A stretch of DNA of 64,000 nt from Candidatus Delongbacteria bacterium (lineage in GTDB: Bacteria; CAIWAD01): assembly GCA_963663545.1 (NCBI GenBank), contig OY760505.1, forward strand, positions 3,008,001 to 3,072,000. Direction: 5' to 3'. A model generated the notes under the pieces. The model saw only the letters and a program-made list of their open reading frames with translations, was not told the origin of the DNA and did not search any database. The position numbers and the translations under genes are program-made. Position 1 is the first letter of the stretch. Every line of letters starts with the position of its first letter. Shown here piece by piece: positions 52,675 to 64,000 of the stretch.

Positions 52675-52932
52675 ATGTCCGAGCGTGGTTTCCGCAAGGT
52701 TCGTATCGGCCGGGTAACGTCCGAGAGCATGGACAAGAGCATTACGGTGGCCGTGGTGCGTAAGGTTAAGCACCCCATCTACCAGAAGTATTTCCAGAGC
52801 ACCAAGAAGTACATGGCTCATGACGAAACGAATGAGGCTCATGTCGGTGATCTGGTAAGCATTATGGAATGCCGCCCGATCAGCAAGCGCAAGCGCTGGC
52901 GCTTGACTGAAATCATTGAGCGCGCGAAATAA
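52675..52932 (+). CDS. rpsQ: 30S ribosomal protein S17
   Basis: MDKSITV, ECRPISK. Confidence 0.98.
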   Translation: MSERGFRKVRIGRVTSESMDKSITVAVVRKVKHPIYQKYFQSTKKYMAHDETNEAHVGDLVSIMECRPISKRKRWRLTEIIERAK

Positions 52933-52950
52933 GCGGGAGAAAGGCACACC

Positions 52951-53319
52951 ATGATACAGGAAGAAACCCTGCTCAACGTGGCCGATAACACCGGCGCCAA
53001 GGTGCTGAAGTGCTTCCGCATCCTCGGCGGCAGCCGTCGTCGCTATGCCAGCGTCGGCGACATTGTAGTGGCCAGCGTCAAGAAGGCCATTCCCGCCAGC
53101 CCGGTGAAGAAGGGCACGGTTGTGCGTGCGGTCATCGTACGTACGGCCAAGGAGTATCGTCGTGCAGACGGATCCTATATCCGTTTCGATGACAACGCGG
53201 CGGTGATCATTGACGATCGCAAGGAGCCGAAGGGCACTCGCATTTTCGGGCCGGTGGCTCGTGAGCTGCGTGACCGTCGCTTCATGAAGATCGTCTCGCT
53301 GGCCCCGGAGGTGCTGTGA
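52951..53319 (+). CDS. rplN: 50S ribosomal protein L14
   Basis: [21 protein letters not shown]. Confidence 0.99.
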   Translation: MIQEETLLNVADNTGAKVLKCFRILGGSRRRYASVGDIVVASVKKAIPASPVKKGTVVRAVIVRTAKEYRRADGSYIRFDDNAAVIIDDRKEPKGTRIFGPVARELRDRRFMKIVSLAPEVL

Positions 53320-53627
53320 TGCGGTTGAAGAAAGGTGACAAAGTCGTGGTCCTGTCCGGTGAGGACAAGGGTAAGCAGGGCGAGATTAAGCGCGTGCTTA
53401 CCGACAAGGATCGCGTAATCGTCGAGGGTGTGAATCTGATCAAGCGCCACCTGAAGCCAGGTGGAGCCAATCAGGTTGGTGGCATCATCGAGAAGGAAGC
53501 TCCGATTCACGTCTCCAAGGTGGCGTTTGTCGATCCTTCCACCGGCAAGAAGTCGAAGCTGGGCGTCCGCGAGCTGGAAGACGGCAAGCGCGTACGCTAC
53601 TCGAAGAGCAGTAACGAACTCGTGTAG
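53319..53627 (+). CDS. rplX: 50S ribosomal protein L24
   Basis: [23 protein letters not shown]. Confidence 0.98.
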   Translation: MRLKKGDKVVVLSGEDKGKQGEIKRVLTDKDRVIVEGVNLIKRHLKPGGANQVGGIIEKEAPIHVSKVAFVDPSTGKKSKLGVRELEDGKRVRYSKSSNELV

Positions 53628-53636
53628 GATAGACTG

Positions 53637-54194
53637 ATGAGTCAAACTCCGCGACTGAAGCAGTACTACGATGAGACCGTGCGCCAGCGCCTGATGGAGC
53701 GCTTCGGATACAAGAATCCGATGCAGCTTCCTCGCCTGGTCAAGATCGTGCTCAACGTGGGAATCGGTGACGGCAAGGACAATCCACGCGCCCTCGAGGC
53801 AGCCGTGGAGGAAATTGGCCAGATCACCGGGCGCAAGGCCGTTATCAACAAGGCCCGTCGCTCAATCTCCAACTTCAAGCTGCGCGAAGGCATGCCGGTT
53901 GGTGCCAGCGTGACCCTGCGCCGCGAAGTAATGTGGGAGTTCCTCGATCGATTCATTTCGGTCGCCACTCCCCGTATCCGCGACTTCCGTGGAATCAGCG
54001 ACAAGTCCTTTGATGGCCGTGGTAATTACAACTGCGGTGTCAAGGAACAGGTTGTGTTCCCGGAAATCGAATACGACAAGGTAGAGCGTGTTCATGGAAT
54101 GGATATCGCATTCGTGACCACGGCGAACACGGACGAAGAGTGCAAGGCGCTGCTCGCTGAGCTGGGCATGCCCTTCGTCAAGAGGAACCAGTGA
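53637..54194 (+). CDS. rplE: 50S ribosomal protein L5
   Basis: [21 protein letters not shown]. Confidence 0.99.
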   Translation: MSQTPRLKQYYDETVRQRLMERFGYKNPMQLPRLVKIVLNVGIGDGKDNPRALEAAVEEIGQITGRKAVINKARRSISNFKLREGMPVGASVTLRREVMWEFLDRFISVATPRIRDFRGISDKSFDGRGNYNCGVKEQVVFPEIEYDKVERVHGMDIAFVTTANTDEECKALLAELGMPFVKRNQ

Positions 54195-54201
54195 GGTAGT
54201 C

Positions 54202-54387
54202 ATGGCCCGCAAAGCTCTGATCAAGAAGTCCCAGGCCACACCGAAGTTCCAGGTTCGCGCTTACAATCGCTGCCGTCGCTGCGGTCGTCCCCGCGCCTAC
54301 CTGCGTAAGTTCGGCCTGTGCCGTATCTGCTTCCGTCAGATGGCCCTGGCCGGTGAGATCCCTGGCGTCACCAAGGCCAGCTGGTAA
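54202..54387 (+). CDS. rpsN: 30S ribosomal protein S14, zinc-binding type Z
   Basis: 61 aa; CRRC...CRIC. Confidence 0.98.
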   Translation: MARKALIKKSQATPKFQVRAYNRCRRCGRPRAYLRKFGLCRICFRQMALAGEIPGVTKASW

Positions 54388-54398
54388 AGGAGTTTCCA

Positions 54399-54797
54399 AT
54401 GCCCGTTACCGATCCGATTGCTGATCTGCTGACCAGGATCCGCAATGCCATCATGGCCAAGAAGCGACTGGTGGATTGCCCCCGGTCCAACATCAAGGTC
54501 AACGTTACTGAGATCCTGGCTCGCGAAGGTTTTATTCGCGGCTACAAAGTGCTGGACGAGGGTCCGCAGGGCACCATTCGTATTGCCCTGGCCTACGACC
54601 ACTCCGGCAAGCCGGTGATCTCCGGTCTGAAGCGTATTTCGCGGCCCGGTCTGCGCCAGTATCGTGGTGCCGACAATCTACCCCGCGTACGCAACAACTT
54701 GGGTATCGCAATTCTGAGCACGCCCATCGGTGTGATCACGAACAAGGATGCCCGCAAGAAGAATGTGGGCGGAGAAGTTCTCTGCCACGTCTGGTAA
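54399..54797 (+). CDS. rpsH: 30S ribosomal protein S8
   Basis: [19 protein letters not shown]. Confidence 0.99.
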   Translation: MPVTDPIADLLTRIRNAIMAKKRLVDCPRSNIKVNVTEILAREGFIRGYKVLDEGPQGTIRIALAYDHSGKPVISGLKRISRPGLRQYRGADNLPRVRNNLGIAILSTPIGVITNKDARKKNVGGEVLCHVW

Positions 54798-54807
54798 GGA
54801 GGCAACT

Positions 54808-55350
54808 GTGTCGCGAATCGGACGTTTGCCCGTGCCCATTCCCGAAGGGGTGCAGGTAACAGTTGACGGCCAGCACGTCGCCGTCAAAGGCCCTAAGGGC
54901 GAGCTTTGCATGGATGCCCATCCTGAGATGACCATTGCTCAGGAGGACGGTAGCATTTGTGTGCATCGCCCCTCCGACGAAAAATCCCACCGCAGTCTGC
55001 ATGGTATGACCCGTGCGCTGATCAATAATATGGTAGTGGGAGTGACCCAGGGATTCCAGCGTCAGCTGGAAGTGGTCGGCGTCGGTTACACTGCCGAGTT
55101 GCGAGGCCGGGTATTAACCCTGAAGCTCGGCTTCACGCACCCCATCGTGTTCCATCTACCCGAAGGAATCAACGTTGAGGTTCCCAAGCCCACCCAGATC
55201 ACTGTTTCCGGCATCAGCCGGCAGCTGGTGGGTGAAGTCGCTGCGGTGATCCGCGGTCTCAAGCCGCCCGAACCCTACAAGGGCAAGGGAATCCGCTACA
55301 AGGGTGAATACATCGAGCGTAAGGCCGGCAAGACCGGTAAGACCTCCTAA
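54808..55350 (+). CDS. rplF: 50S ribosomal protein L6
   Basis: [18 protein letters not shown] start. Confidence 0.98.
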   Translation: MSRIGRLPVPIPEGVQVTVDGQHVAVKGPKGELCMDAHPEMTIAQEDGSICVHRPSDEKSHRSLHGMTRALINNMVVGVTQGFQRQLEVVGVGYTAELRGRVLTLKLGFTHPIVFHLPEGINVEVPKPTQITVSGISRQLVGEVAAVIRGLKPPEPYKGKGIRYKGEYIERKAGKTGKTS

Positions 55351-55361
55351 GGAGCTGTTCC

Positions 55362-55733
55362 ATGAACAGTACTGAGATTCGGCGCAAGGGTCGTGCCCGG
55401 CGTCAGAAGCACATTCGCAAGAAAGTAAGCGGTACCGCCGAGCGCCCGCGCCTGGCCGTGTTCCGCAGTGCGAAGAATATCTACGCACAGCTAATCGACG
55501 ATGTCGCCGGCAATACGCTGGTGGCGGCTTCCTCCCGGACCAAGGTTCTGGGCGAGAAGCTGGCTGAGGCGGAAAATCCCCAGGCCGTTGGCGTCCTGGT
55601 GGGCGAGGAGCTGGCTCGTCTGGCTCAAGAGAAGGGCATTTCCAGTTGCGTGTTCGACCGTTCCGGTTACGCCTACTGGGGACGCGTGAAATCGTTGGCT
55701 GAAGGCGCTCGCAAGGGCGGACTTAAGTTCTAG
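55362..55733 (+). CDS. rplR: 50S ribosomal protein L18
   Basis: [16 protein letters not shown]. Confidence 0.98.
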   Translation: MNSTEIRRKGRARRQKHIRKKVSGTAERPRLAVFRSAKNIYAQLIDDVAGNTLVAASSRTKVLGEKLAEAENPQAVGVLVGEELARLAQEKGISSCVFDRSGYAYWGRVKSLAEGARKGGLKF

Positions 55734-55742
55734 GAGGGGATC

Positions 55743-56258
55743 TTGGAGAACGTTAACGTCCAGGAGCTTAACCTCATCGAGAAGGTAGTCCGCATCAACC
55801 GGACCGCCAAAGTGGTTAAGGGTGGTAAGAACTTCGGCTTCAACGCCATCGTGGTCGTCGGTGACGGCAATGGTCGCGTGGGCTGGGGTTTGGGCAAGGC
55901 CAATGAAGTGGTCAATGCCATTGCCAAGGGTACCGAAGTCGCCAAGCGCAACATGATTCGTGTTGAGCTTTCCGGCAGCACCATTGCCCATCCCATCATC
56001 GGCAAGTACGGCGCCGGCCGCGTACTGCTTCGTCCGGCTTCCGCTGGTACGGGCATTATCGCCGGCGGTAACGTGCGCGCCGTCATGGAGTGTGTTGGTG
56101 TGCACGACATCCTGGCCAAGAGCCTGGGTTCGAGCAATCCGCACAACGAGGTCAAGGCCACCTTCGAGGCTCTGTTGAGCATCGTCAGCCCCGCTGAGAT
56201 GAGCCGTCGGCTCAAGCGCAGTGTGCGCGACATCTACGCGATGGAGGACGAGGTATGA
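55743..56258 (+). CDS. rpsE: 30S ribosomal protein S5
   Basis: [18 protein letters not shown] start. Confidence 0.98.
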   Translation: MENVNVQELNLIEKVVRINRTAKVVKGGKNFGFNAIVVVGDGNGRVGWGLGKANEVVNAIAKGTEVAKRNMIRVELSGSTIAHPIIGKYGAGRVLLRPASAGTGIIAGGNVRAVMECVGVHDILAKSLGSSNPHNEVKATFEALLSIVSPAEMSRRLKRSVRDIYAMEDEV

Positions 56259-56437
56259 AGCTTCAGATTACCTGGAAGCGCAGTGTAATCGGCCGTACAC
56301 GGGACCAGCGTGCCACCATTCAGGCCCTGGGACTGCACAAGCTGAACAACACGGTCGTCCACACGGATACGCCGCAGATTCGCGGAATGATCAACAAGGT
56401 CTCGCATCTGGTCGAGGTCGAGGAAATCAACGACTAA
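56255..56437 (+). CDS. rpmD: 50S ribosomal protein L30
   Basis: [20 protein letters not shown]. Confidence 0.97.
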   Translation: MKLQITWKRSVIGRTRDQRATIQALGLHKLNNTVVHTDTPQIRGMINKVSHLVEVEEIND

Positions 56438-56449
56438 AAGGGTGCTACG

Positions 56450-56890
56450 ATGAATCTCGGTAGCCTGAAATATGCTGATGGCGCCAAAAAGCGCCGCAAG
56501 CGGATCGGTCGAGGCGATGCCTCGGGTCATGGTGGAACTTCCTGCCGTGGTCACAAAGGCCAGATGTCCCGCGCTGGAGCGAAGCGTCGCTCTTGGTTCG
56601 AGGGTGGCCAGATGCCGATTCAGCGTCGTCTTCCCAAGCGTGGATTCGTCAATATCCACCGCGAGGAAAATCAAAATGTCAACCTGAATCAGCTCAGCGG
56701 CCTGAACGGTGTTGAGACTGAAATCAATCCGATGACATTGCACAAGCATGGTCTGATCCGCTACCTGGGCGCTCCCGTCAAGATTCTGTCCGACGGCGAG
56801 TTGACCGGTACCTTCACCTTCAGCGGTGTCAAGATGTCCGCCCCCGCAAGGGCGAAGATCGAAGCCGCTGGCGGTACGATCCAGGACTGA
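56450..56890 (+). CDS. rplO: 50S ribosomal protein L15
   Basis: RGHKGQ, FEGGQMP, LPKRGF. Confidence 0.98.
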   Translation: MNLGSLKYADGAKKRRKRIGRGDASGHGGTSCRGHKGQMSRAGAKRRSWFEGGQMPIQRRLPKRGFVNIHREENQNVNLNQLSGLNGVETEINPMTLHKHGLIRYLGAPVKILSDGELTGTFTFSGVKMSAPARAKIEAAGGTIQD

Positions 56891-56965
56891 AGCCCGAATT
56901 TGCTGCCGTACTGCCGCTCTTCGGAGCGGTAGTACGGAAAGCGGCAAGACCGAACTGAGGGAATC

Positions 56966-58321
<1,356 letters not shown>

Positions 58322-58358
58322 GGAGGGGAAGTCCCTGGGGAAACGGGGAGGCCTGGGC

Positions 58359-58994
58359 ATGCAAATTGTCATGCTAGGCGCGCCCGGGACTGGCAAGGGT
58401 ACTCAGGCCAAGCGCCTGATGGCGAAATACGGGATCGTGCAGGTTTCTACCGGTGAGATCCTAAGGAGTCACATTCGCCGTCAAACAGAGCTGGGCCGGA
58501 TTGCTGCCGAAGTCATCGGTCGCGGCGAACTGGTTCCTGACAACCTGATCCTTGAAGTGGTAGAGCGACGATTGCAGGAAGCGGATTGCAAGCCGGGATT
58601 TATCCTGGACGGTTTTCCGCGAACGGTCCCTCAGGCTGAGGGACTAGGCTACCTGCTGGACAGCATGCAGCTTCCCCTGGACGCGGTGCTGGCAATCGAC
58701 GTGGATCCTGAGAAGGTGATACGTCGCTTGATGTCGCGCTACACCTGCAGTGAGTGCGGGGCCGATTACAATAGTCTGGTTCGTCAGATACCGGATCGCT
58801 GTAATCGCTGCGGCGGCAAGGTGACTCAGCGTCAGGACGACAACGAGGAAACCATCCGCTACCGCCTGGAAGTGTACCGCAAGAGTACGCTACCGTTGAT
58901 TGAGTATTACGAAGAGCGCTGCCTTCTGCATCATGTGGACGGCGACCAGGAGGTGGACGATGTTACAGCCGCCATTCTGGATGTGCTTGACTAG
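58359..58994 (+). CDS. adk: Adenylate kinase (Cys-rich LID)
   Basis: GAPGTGKGTQ, LDGFPRT, CSEC...CNRC. Confidence 0.97.
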   Translation: MQIVMLGAPGTGKGTQAKRLMAKYGIVQVSTGEILRSHIRRQTELGRIAAEVIGRGELVPDNLILEVVERRLQEADCKPGFILDGFPRTVPQAEGLGYLLDSMQLPLDAVLAIDVDPEKVIRRLMSRYTCSECGADYNSLVRQIPDRCNRCGGKVTQRQDDNEETIRYRLEVYRKSTLPLIEYYEERCLLHHVDGDQEVDDVTAAILDVLD

Positions 58995-58996
58995 GA

Positions 58997-59773
58997 GTGC
59001 GAATGATCCGGATCTATAGCGAACGAGAATTCGACAAGATCCGACGTGCATGCGAAATCATTCCGCGCGCCTTTGAAAAAGTAGAACCTGCGGTTCAGCC
59101 CGGTGTAACCACCGCCGAGCTGGACAGGATCGTTGATAGTTACGTACGCTCCTGCGGCGCGATACCGGCTTTCATCGGGGTTCCCGGTGGACCGGGCGTG
59201 CAGTCCTTTCCCGCCTGCTGTTGCATCTCAGTCAATGACGAGGTTGTGCACGGCATACCCGGCGAGCGTGTGCTGGTCGAGGGGGACATTGTCTCTATCG
59301 ATATGGGCACCATTCTCGACGGTTACTACGGGGATACGGCACGCACTTTCGCCGTCGGCAAGGTGAGCCCCCAGCGCAAAGCGTTGATGGAGGCCACCCG
59401 GGAAAGTCTGTGGCGTGGTGTGGCCGCTGCCGTTGAGGGAAACCGCATCGGCGATATCGGACATGCCATCGAGCAGTACATCCGGCCACTGGGTTTTGGC
59501 ATTGTGCGGGACATGGTGGGGCATGGTGTGGGCGCTAGTCTGCATGAGCCGCCCGAGGTTCCAAACTTCGGTCAGCCTGGTCGGGGCATACGTTTGAAGC
59601 CGGGGATGTGCATCGCCATCGAGCCGATGATCAACGCCGGCGACTGGCGCATTCGCACCCTGCCGGACGGTTGGACGGTTGTCACAGCCGACGGTAGCGA
59701 TAGCGCTCACTTTGAATTTCAAATCAGGATCACAACCGGCGAACCGGAGATCCTGACGCAATTGGACGGATAA
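58997..59773 (+). CDS. map: Methionine aminopeptidase type I
   Basis: [26 protein letters not shown]. Confidence 0.97.
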   Translation: MRMIRIYSEREFDKIRRACEIIPRAFEKVEPAVQPGVTTAELDRIVDSYVRSCGAIPAFIGVPGGPGVQSFPACCCISVNDEVVHGIPGERVLVEGDIVSIDMGTILDGYYGDTARTFAVGKVSPQRKALMEATRESLWRGVAAAVEGNRIGDIGHAIEQYIRPLGFGIVRDMVGHGVGASLHEPPEVPNFGQPGRGIRLKPGMCIAIEPMINAGDWRIRTLPDGWTVVTADGSDSAHFEFQIRITTGEPEILTQLDG

Positions 59774-59781
59774 CGGACCCT

Positions 59782-60000
59782 ATGGGTAAAACGGACATCA
59801 TCAAGCTGGACGGTACGGTCCTGGAAACTCTGCCGAACGCCTCCTTCCGCGTTGAGCTGGATAACGGCCACGTGGTGTTGGCACATATCTCTGGAAAAAT
59901 GCGCATGCACTACATTCGCATCCTTCCTGGAGACAAGGTAACGGTAGAGCTTTCTCCCTACGATCTCACGCGTGGGCGGATCACGTTCAGGCACAAATAG
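59782..60000 (+). CDS. infA: Translation initiation factor IF-1
   Basis: [18 protein letters not shown]. Confidence 0.99.
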   Translation: MGKTDIIKLDGTVLETLPNASFRVELDNGHVVLAHISGKMRMHYIRILPGDKVTVELSPYDLTRGRITFRHK

Positions 60001-60016
60001 ACGGAGTGCACGAACG

Positions 60017-60133
60017 ATGAAGGTCAAGGCTTCGGTGAAGAAGATCTGCGAGCACTGCAAGATCGTGCGACGCAATGGTGTCGTGCGCGTCATTTGCTCG
60101 AAGACGCGCAAGCACAAGCAGCGGCAGGGATAA
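60017..60133 (+). CDS. rpmJ: 50S ribosomal protein L36
   Basis: Translated by hand: [38 protein letters not shown] (below ORF-track cutoff). Confidence 0.98.
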   Translation: MKVKASVKKICEHCKIVRRNGVVRVICSKTRKHKQRQG

Positions 60134-60157
60134 CCCGCCTGAAATCTGGAGGCAAAA

Positions 60158-60529
60158 TTGGCACGCATTGCCGGTGTTGATCTGCCCAAAAACAAACGTA
60201 TTGAGATTGGGCTGACCTACATTTTCGGGATCGGACTCACCACTTCGCGTCAGATCCTTACCAAAGCTAATGTGGATCCCGACAAGCGGGTTCACGCTTT
60301 GGATGAGGATGAGCTGCGTCGCATTCGCAGCATCATCCAGAACGATCATAAGACTGAGGGTGCTCTGCGTACCGAGATTACCATGAACATCAAGCGATTG
60401 ATGGACATTGGCAGCTATCGCGGTTTGCGGCATCGTCGCGGTCTTCCTTGTCGCGGGCAGAACACCAAGAACAACGCCCGCACCCGTAAGGGTCGCAAGA
60501 AGACCAGTGGTGTGGTGAAAAAAGGTTAA
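60158..60529 (+). CDS. rpsM: 30S ribosomal protein S13
   Basis: [21 protein letters not shown] start. Confidence 0.99.
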   Translation: MARIAGVDLPKNKRIEIGLTYIFGIGLTTSRQILTKANVDPDKRVHALDEDELRRIRSIIQNDHKTEGALRTEITMNIKRLMDIGSYRGLRHRRGLPCRGQNTKNNARTRKGRKKTSGVVKKG

Positions 60530-60546
60530 AGCGCCTGGAGGATATC

Positions 60547-60939
60547 GTGGCGAAGACCGCGAAGAAAACGGTCAAGAAGAAAGAAAAGGTGGATGCCCTG
60601 GGGCGCGCTTTCATCAAGGCGAGCTTCAACAACACCATCATTTCGTTGACCGACAATTACGGCAACGTGATCGCATGGTCGTCAGGCGGAGGACGCAACC
60701 GCTTCAAGGGCTCCCGCAAGAGTACGGCTTTCGCCGCTCAGCTGGCTGCCCAGGAAGCTGCCAAATCTGCTATGGACCTCGGATTGCGCAAGATTGCTGT
60801 GTTCGTCAAGGGACCGGGCGCCGGCCGTGAGTCATCGATTCGCGCGCTGCAGGCCACCGGTTTGCAGGTCATTTCCATCAAGGACATGACCCCGCTGCCG
60901 CACAACGGCTGCCGTCCCCGTAAGAAGCGTCGCATCTGA
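60547..60939 (+). CDS. rpsK: 30S ribosomal protein S11
   Basis: ASFNNTI, PHNGCRP. Confidence 0.99.
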   Translation: MAKTAKKTVKKKEKVDALGRAFIKASFNNTIISLTDNYGNVIAWSSGGGRNRFKGSRKSTAFAAQLAAQEAAKSAMDLGLRKIAVFVKGPGAGRESSIRALQATGLQVISIKDMTPLPHNGCRPRKKRRI

Positions 60940-61017
60940 TGCTTCCTCACCGGCGAAACCGGTGAGTTGACGAAGATAGAACAGCGGTCACGACCATCGT
61001 AAAGGAGAGGTCCATAC

Positions 61018-62007
61018 ATGAACGGACTCAATCCCCAGATGCCGGAAGCCATCGAGCTGGATGAATCCACTTACAGCTCCCATTTCGGCCGCTTTATTGT
61101 GCAACCCCTCGAGCGGGGCTACGGCGTCACCCTAGGCAACAGCCTGAGGCGTGTGCTGCTGTCCTCGATCCCGGGCGCGGCCATCACCCACATCAAGATC
61201 GACGGTGTGCTGCAGGAGTTCTCCACCGTTCCCGGTGTTACCGAGGACGTCACCGACATCATTCTGAATCTCAAGCAGGTTCAGGTGAAGCTTCTGTCCA
61301 AGCGCCCTGAGCGCCTGGTCATCCAGAAGAAGGGGGCCGGAGATCTGACGGGCGCGGACATCCAGTCCGCAAGTGCCGAGATTGAGGTGATGAACCCCGA
61401 CCTGCACATCGCGACCCTGAACGGCGAAGCGGATCTGCGCATTGAGCTGGAAGTCCGCAAGGGCTACGGCTATTTGCCTTCCGAAGAGAATGAGAGCGAC
61501 GATCAGCCCATTGGCACAATTCCGATCGACGCCCTGTTCTCACCAGTTACCAATGTGACCTACCGCGTCGAGAACACGCGCGTGGGCCATAAGACGGATT
61601 ATGAGAAGCTGGTGCTTTCCATCGAGACCAACGGTTCGGTCACGCCCGATGATGCGCTGACCATGGCCGGACGCACTTTGATGGAGCATCTTCAGCTGTT
61701 CATCAGCTTCGACATGAAGGCCGAAGAAGAGCCTGCCGAGGAAATCGACGAAGAGATCCTCAACCTGCGCAAGCTGCTCATGAAGCCGGTCGAAGAGCTG
61801 GAACTGACAGTACGTGCTTCCAATTGCATCAAGGAAGCCCGTATTCGCAGCATCGGCGAGCTGGTGCAGCGTAGCGAGGGCGAAATGCTGCGGTTCAAGA
61901 ACTTCGGCAAGAAATCCCTCAATGAGTTGAAGGCCGTGCTCAAGAGCCGCGGTCTGGAATTTGGCATGGACGTGTCCCGCTACCTCGGTGACACCAAGGA
62001 AGAGTAG
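61018..62007 (+). CDS. rpoA: RNA polymerase alpha subunit
   Basis: PLERGYGVTLGNSLRRVLLSS, NFGKKSL. Confidence 0.99.
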   Translation: MNGLNPQMPEAIELDESTYSSHFGRFIVQPLERGYGVTLGNSLRRVLLSSIPGAAITHIKIDGVLQEFSTVPGVTEDVTDIILNLKQVQVKLLSKRPERLVIQKKGAGDLTGADIQSASAEIEVMNPDLHIATLNGEADLRIELEVRKGYGYLPSEENESDDQPIGTIPIDALFSPVTNVTYRVENTRVGHKTDYEKLVLSIETNGSVTPDDALTMAGRTLMEHLQLFISFDMKAEEEPAEEIDEEILNLRKLLMKPVEELELTVRASNCIKEARIRSIGELVQRSEGEMLRFKNFGKKSLNELKAVLKSRGLEFGMDVSRYLGDTKEE

Positions 62008-62012
62008 GACCA

Positions 62013-62390
62013 ATGAGGCACAGAAAATCCCAGGTCAAACTGAACCGCAGCACCAGCCATCGCAAGGCTCTGCTGTCCAATCTGGCCTGCAGCCTGATTG
62101 AGCATAAGCGTATCACCACCACTATTGGCAAGGCGCGCGCCGCCCGTTCGTACACCGAGCGTTTGGTCAGTTTTGCCAAGAAGGGTACGGTTGCCGCCCG
62201 TCGTCACGTGTTGGCCAAGTTGCATCACAAAGATGTGGTCAAGCACCTCTTCGACGAGCTGGGACCCCGTTACGCCGAGCGCCCCGGTGGCTACACGCGC
62301 ATCATCCGCGTTGGCCGTCGTCCCGGTGACCAGGCCGAGATGGCCATCCTCGAGTTTGTCGGCTACGAGGAGCAGCTGGACCAGCAGTAG
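62013..62390 (+). CDS. rplQ: 50S ribosomal protein L17
   Basis: MRHRK, RPGGYTRI. Confidence 0.99.
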   Translation: MRHRKSQVKLNRSTSHRKALLSNLACSLIEHKRITTTIGKARAARSYTERLVSFAKKGTVAARRHVLAKLHHKDVVKHLFDELGPRYAERPGGYTRIIRVGRRPGDQAEMAILEFVGYEEQLDQQ

Positions 62391-62415
62391 ACGCTGTCCG
62401 GTAGCAGAACGCCAC

Positions 62416-62448
62416 AGCCCGTCCCGGCCTTGCCGGGATGGGCTTTTT
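62416..62448 (+). terminator. Intrinsic terminator ending the ribosomal superoperon
   Basis: agcccgtcccgg/ccgggatgggct stem followed by T-run. Confidence 0.88.
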
Positions 62449-62486
62449 GTGGTACTCTCGCGGCGACAAGAGCGCTTGGAGGAATC

Positions 62487-62774
62487 ATGGACGATCGCTT
62501 CACCCAGCCTGCGGTTGTGATACAAAGCGCGGAAGTCGAAGCGCTACTGGCTGACCATCCGCTGCTAAAAGAAGTCGACAGCGGCATGACGGGTCACATC
62601 CGTGTGTTACAACACTCGCAAGGGTTTATCCTGGTGGAGCAGGACTGTCGCGGTCAGGCTTGGGTGCGCTATCGTCATGAAATGTCGGAACTGGACGCAC
62701 TCATCGAAGATCGCCTGGCGTCCTACGAACGCATGTGGGACGGTTGAGGCTGCAAAGTGGACTACTCCAGGTAG
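62487..62774 (+). CDS. Small hypothetical protein, candidate selenoprotein (TGA 62745-62747 read as Sec)
   Basis: GGAGG RBS; ...YERMWDG-TGA-GCKVDYSR-TAG; SECIS-like hairpin downstream. Without readthrough the ORF ends at 62747. Confidence 0.65.
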
Positions 62775-62785
62775 GAGCGATTTGT
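62752..62785 (+). promoter_or_regulatory. Putative bacterial SECIS element
   Basis: gcaaa...ctcc-aggta-ggag...tttgt; apical loop begins 21 nt after the TGA. Confidence 0.5.
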
Positions 62786-62867
62786 GACACATCCTTTCGC
62801 CCCGGGTGGCTCCAAGTCCCCGGGGCTTTGTACCTTTAGTGAACCCTCGAAGAACAGGAAAAAGCTC

Positions 62868-64000
62868 GTGAGTTCCCCCTCTACCAAGGACCTGTTTGAT
62901 CAGAATCCGACCCGCCGTCAGGGCTTGGCGCCGTTGCCGGAACGACTGCGTGCGCGCCAACTGGATCAGGTTGTGGGCCAGGAGCATCTTACCGGCGATA
63001 AGGGCCTTCTGCGGCGTATGCTGGAAGTGGGACGACTGGAGTCCATGATTTTCTGGGGACCGCCCGGCTGCGGGAAAACCACCGTCGCGCGTCTGCTGAT
63101 TGAGGCCTGTGGAGCGATACAACACCAGCTCAATGCTGTGACCAGCGGAGTGGCCGACTTGCGTAAGGTCATTGCCACAGCGGAAGAAGACTTGCGCATG
63201 CATGGCGAGCGCAGCGTGCTCTTCATTGACGAGATCCACCGTTTCAACAAAGCGCAACAAGACGCCCTTCTGCGCAGCGTAGAAGATGGGACGATCACTC
63301 TGCTGGCGGCCACAACAGAGAATCCCGGTTTTGAGGTGATACGTCCGCTACAGTCGCGCTGTCATGTGTTACAGTTTGAGGCGCTGACTGCGGCTGCAAC
63401 TGGACGATTGCTGGATCGTGCGCTTGAAGAAGACGAGTGGCTGCGTGCCCGCAGTGTGCGCTTTGCAGAGGGCGCTCGCGATTACTTGTTGGAGATGGCT
63501 GGCGGCGATGGTCGCAAATTGTTGCAGTACCTCGAAATGGTAGTGACTATTGCTCGCGAGGAAGAAGACGGTTGTCTGCTTAGCCGTGATACAATGGAGC
63601 AGGCCATGCTGCGCCGCAGCCAGCCCTTTGACAAGGGCGGCGACATGCACTACGACATGGTCAGCGCGTTCATCAAATCCGTGCGTGGCAGTGATGCGGA
63701 TGCGGCCATCTACTGGTTGGCACGTATGCTGGAGGCGGGGGAAGATCCAGTTTTTGTAGCACGCCGTTTGCTGATTTTGGCCAGCGAGGACATCGGCAAT
63801 GCATCACCAAACGGGCTAGTGCTGGCCAACGCATGCTTTGAAGCCGTGCACAAACTGGGAATGCCCGAGGCCATGTATCCCTTGGCTCAATGCACCGCGT
63901 ACCTGGCTGGGCAGCCAAAGTCCAATGCTTGTTGCGCAGCCATTGCCGAAGCGCGCAGCTATGTGCGTAACAACGCAGCGGCCCCGGTGCCACTACATCT
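62868..64000 (+). CDS. rarA: Replication-associated recombination protein A (3' partial)
   Basis: Translated by hand: PLPERLRAR, VVGQEHL, WGPPGCGKTT, FIDEIHRFNKAQQD, SAFIKSVRGSD. Confidence 0.95.
   Translation, partial: MSSPSTKDLFDQNPTRRQGLAPLPERLRARQLDQVVGQEHLTGDKGLLRRMLEVGRLESMIFWGPPGCGKTTVARLLIEACGAIQHQLNAVTSGVADLRKVIATAEEDLRMHGERSVLFIDEIHRFNKAQQDALLRSVEDGTITLLAATTENPGFEVIRPLQSRCHVLQFEALTAAATGRLLDRALEEDEWLRARSVRFAEGARDYLLEMAGGDGRKLLQYLEMVVTIAREEEDGCLLSRDTMEQAMLRRSQPFDKGGDMHYDMVSAFIKSVRGSDADAAIYWLARMLEAGEDPVFVARRLLILASEDIGNASPNGLVLANACFEAVHKLGMPEAMYPLAQCTAYLAGQPKSNACCAAIAEARSYVRNNAAAPVPLH

Noticed and set aside
58325..58357. G-quadruplex before adk
   Set aside because: Four G-runs are present, but an ordinary hairpin (tccctg/cgggga) plus RBS explains them.

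Overview
Bacterial chromosomal DNA, roughly 58% GC by eye. The C-terminal PNPFNPST/FlgD-Ig sorting-type domains suggest an FCB-related lineage, but this is inference. The first ~43 kb is a mixed, mostly plus-strand region: tex (5' partial), a lipoprotein, a GT2, an MFP with two RND permeases, aqpZ, a secreted beta-propeller protein, an uncharacterised four-gene DUF6754-type membrane operon, rfbB/SLBB/WcaJ-type polysaccharide genes, nhaA, a HipBA-type module, three secreted proteins, ALDH7 and lemA with two DUF3137-like genes. 43.6-62.4 kb is the str-S10-spc-alpha ribosomal protein superoperon, which lacks rpsD. A small gene and rarA (3' partial) follow. I recognised no rRNA, tRNA, CRISPR array or transposase. 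Main observations: (1) a palindromic heptamer GTRWYAC (mostly GTGATAC/GTATCAC) is strongly over-represented outside the ribosomal operon; (2) a small gene reads through an in-frame TGA in a G-U-G-C motif and is followed by a SECIS-like hairpin (candidate selenoprotein); (3) a candidate sigma54-driven structured sRNA lies at ~3448-3624; (4) three adjacent secreted proteins share a short N-terminal module; (5) a 36-bp tandem hairpin repeat has one copy with compensatory changes. All counts and structures were read by eye and family names were recognised from memory, so they need computational confirmation.
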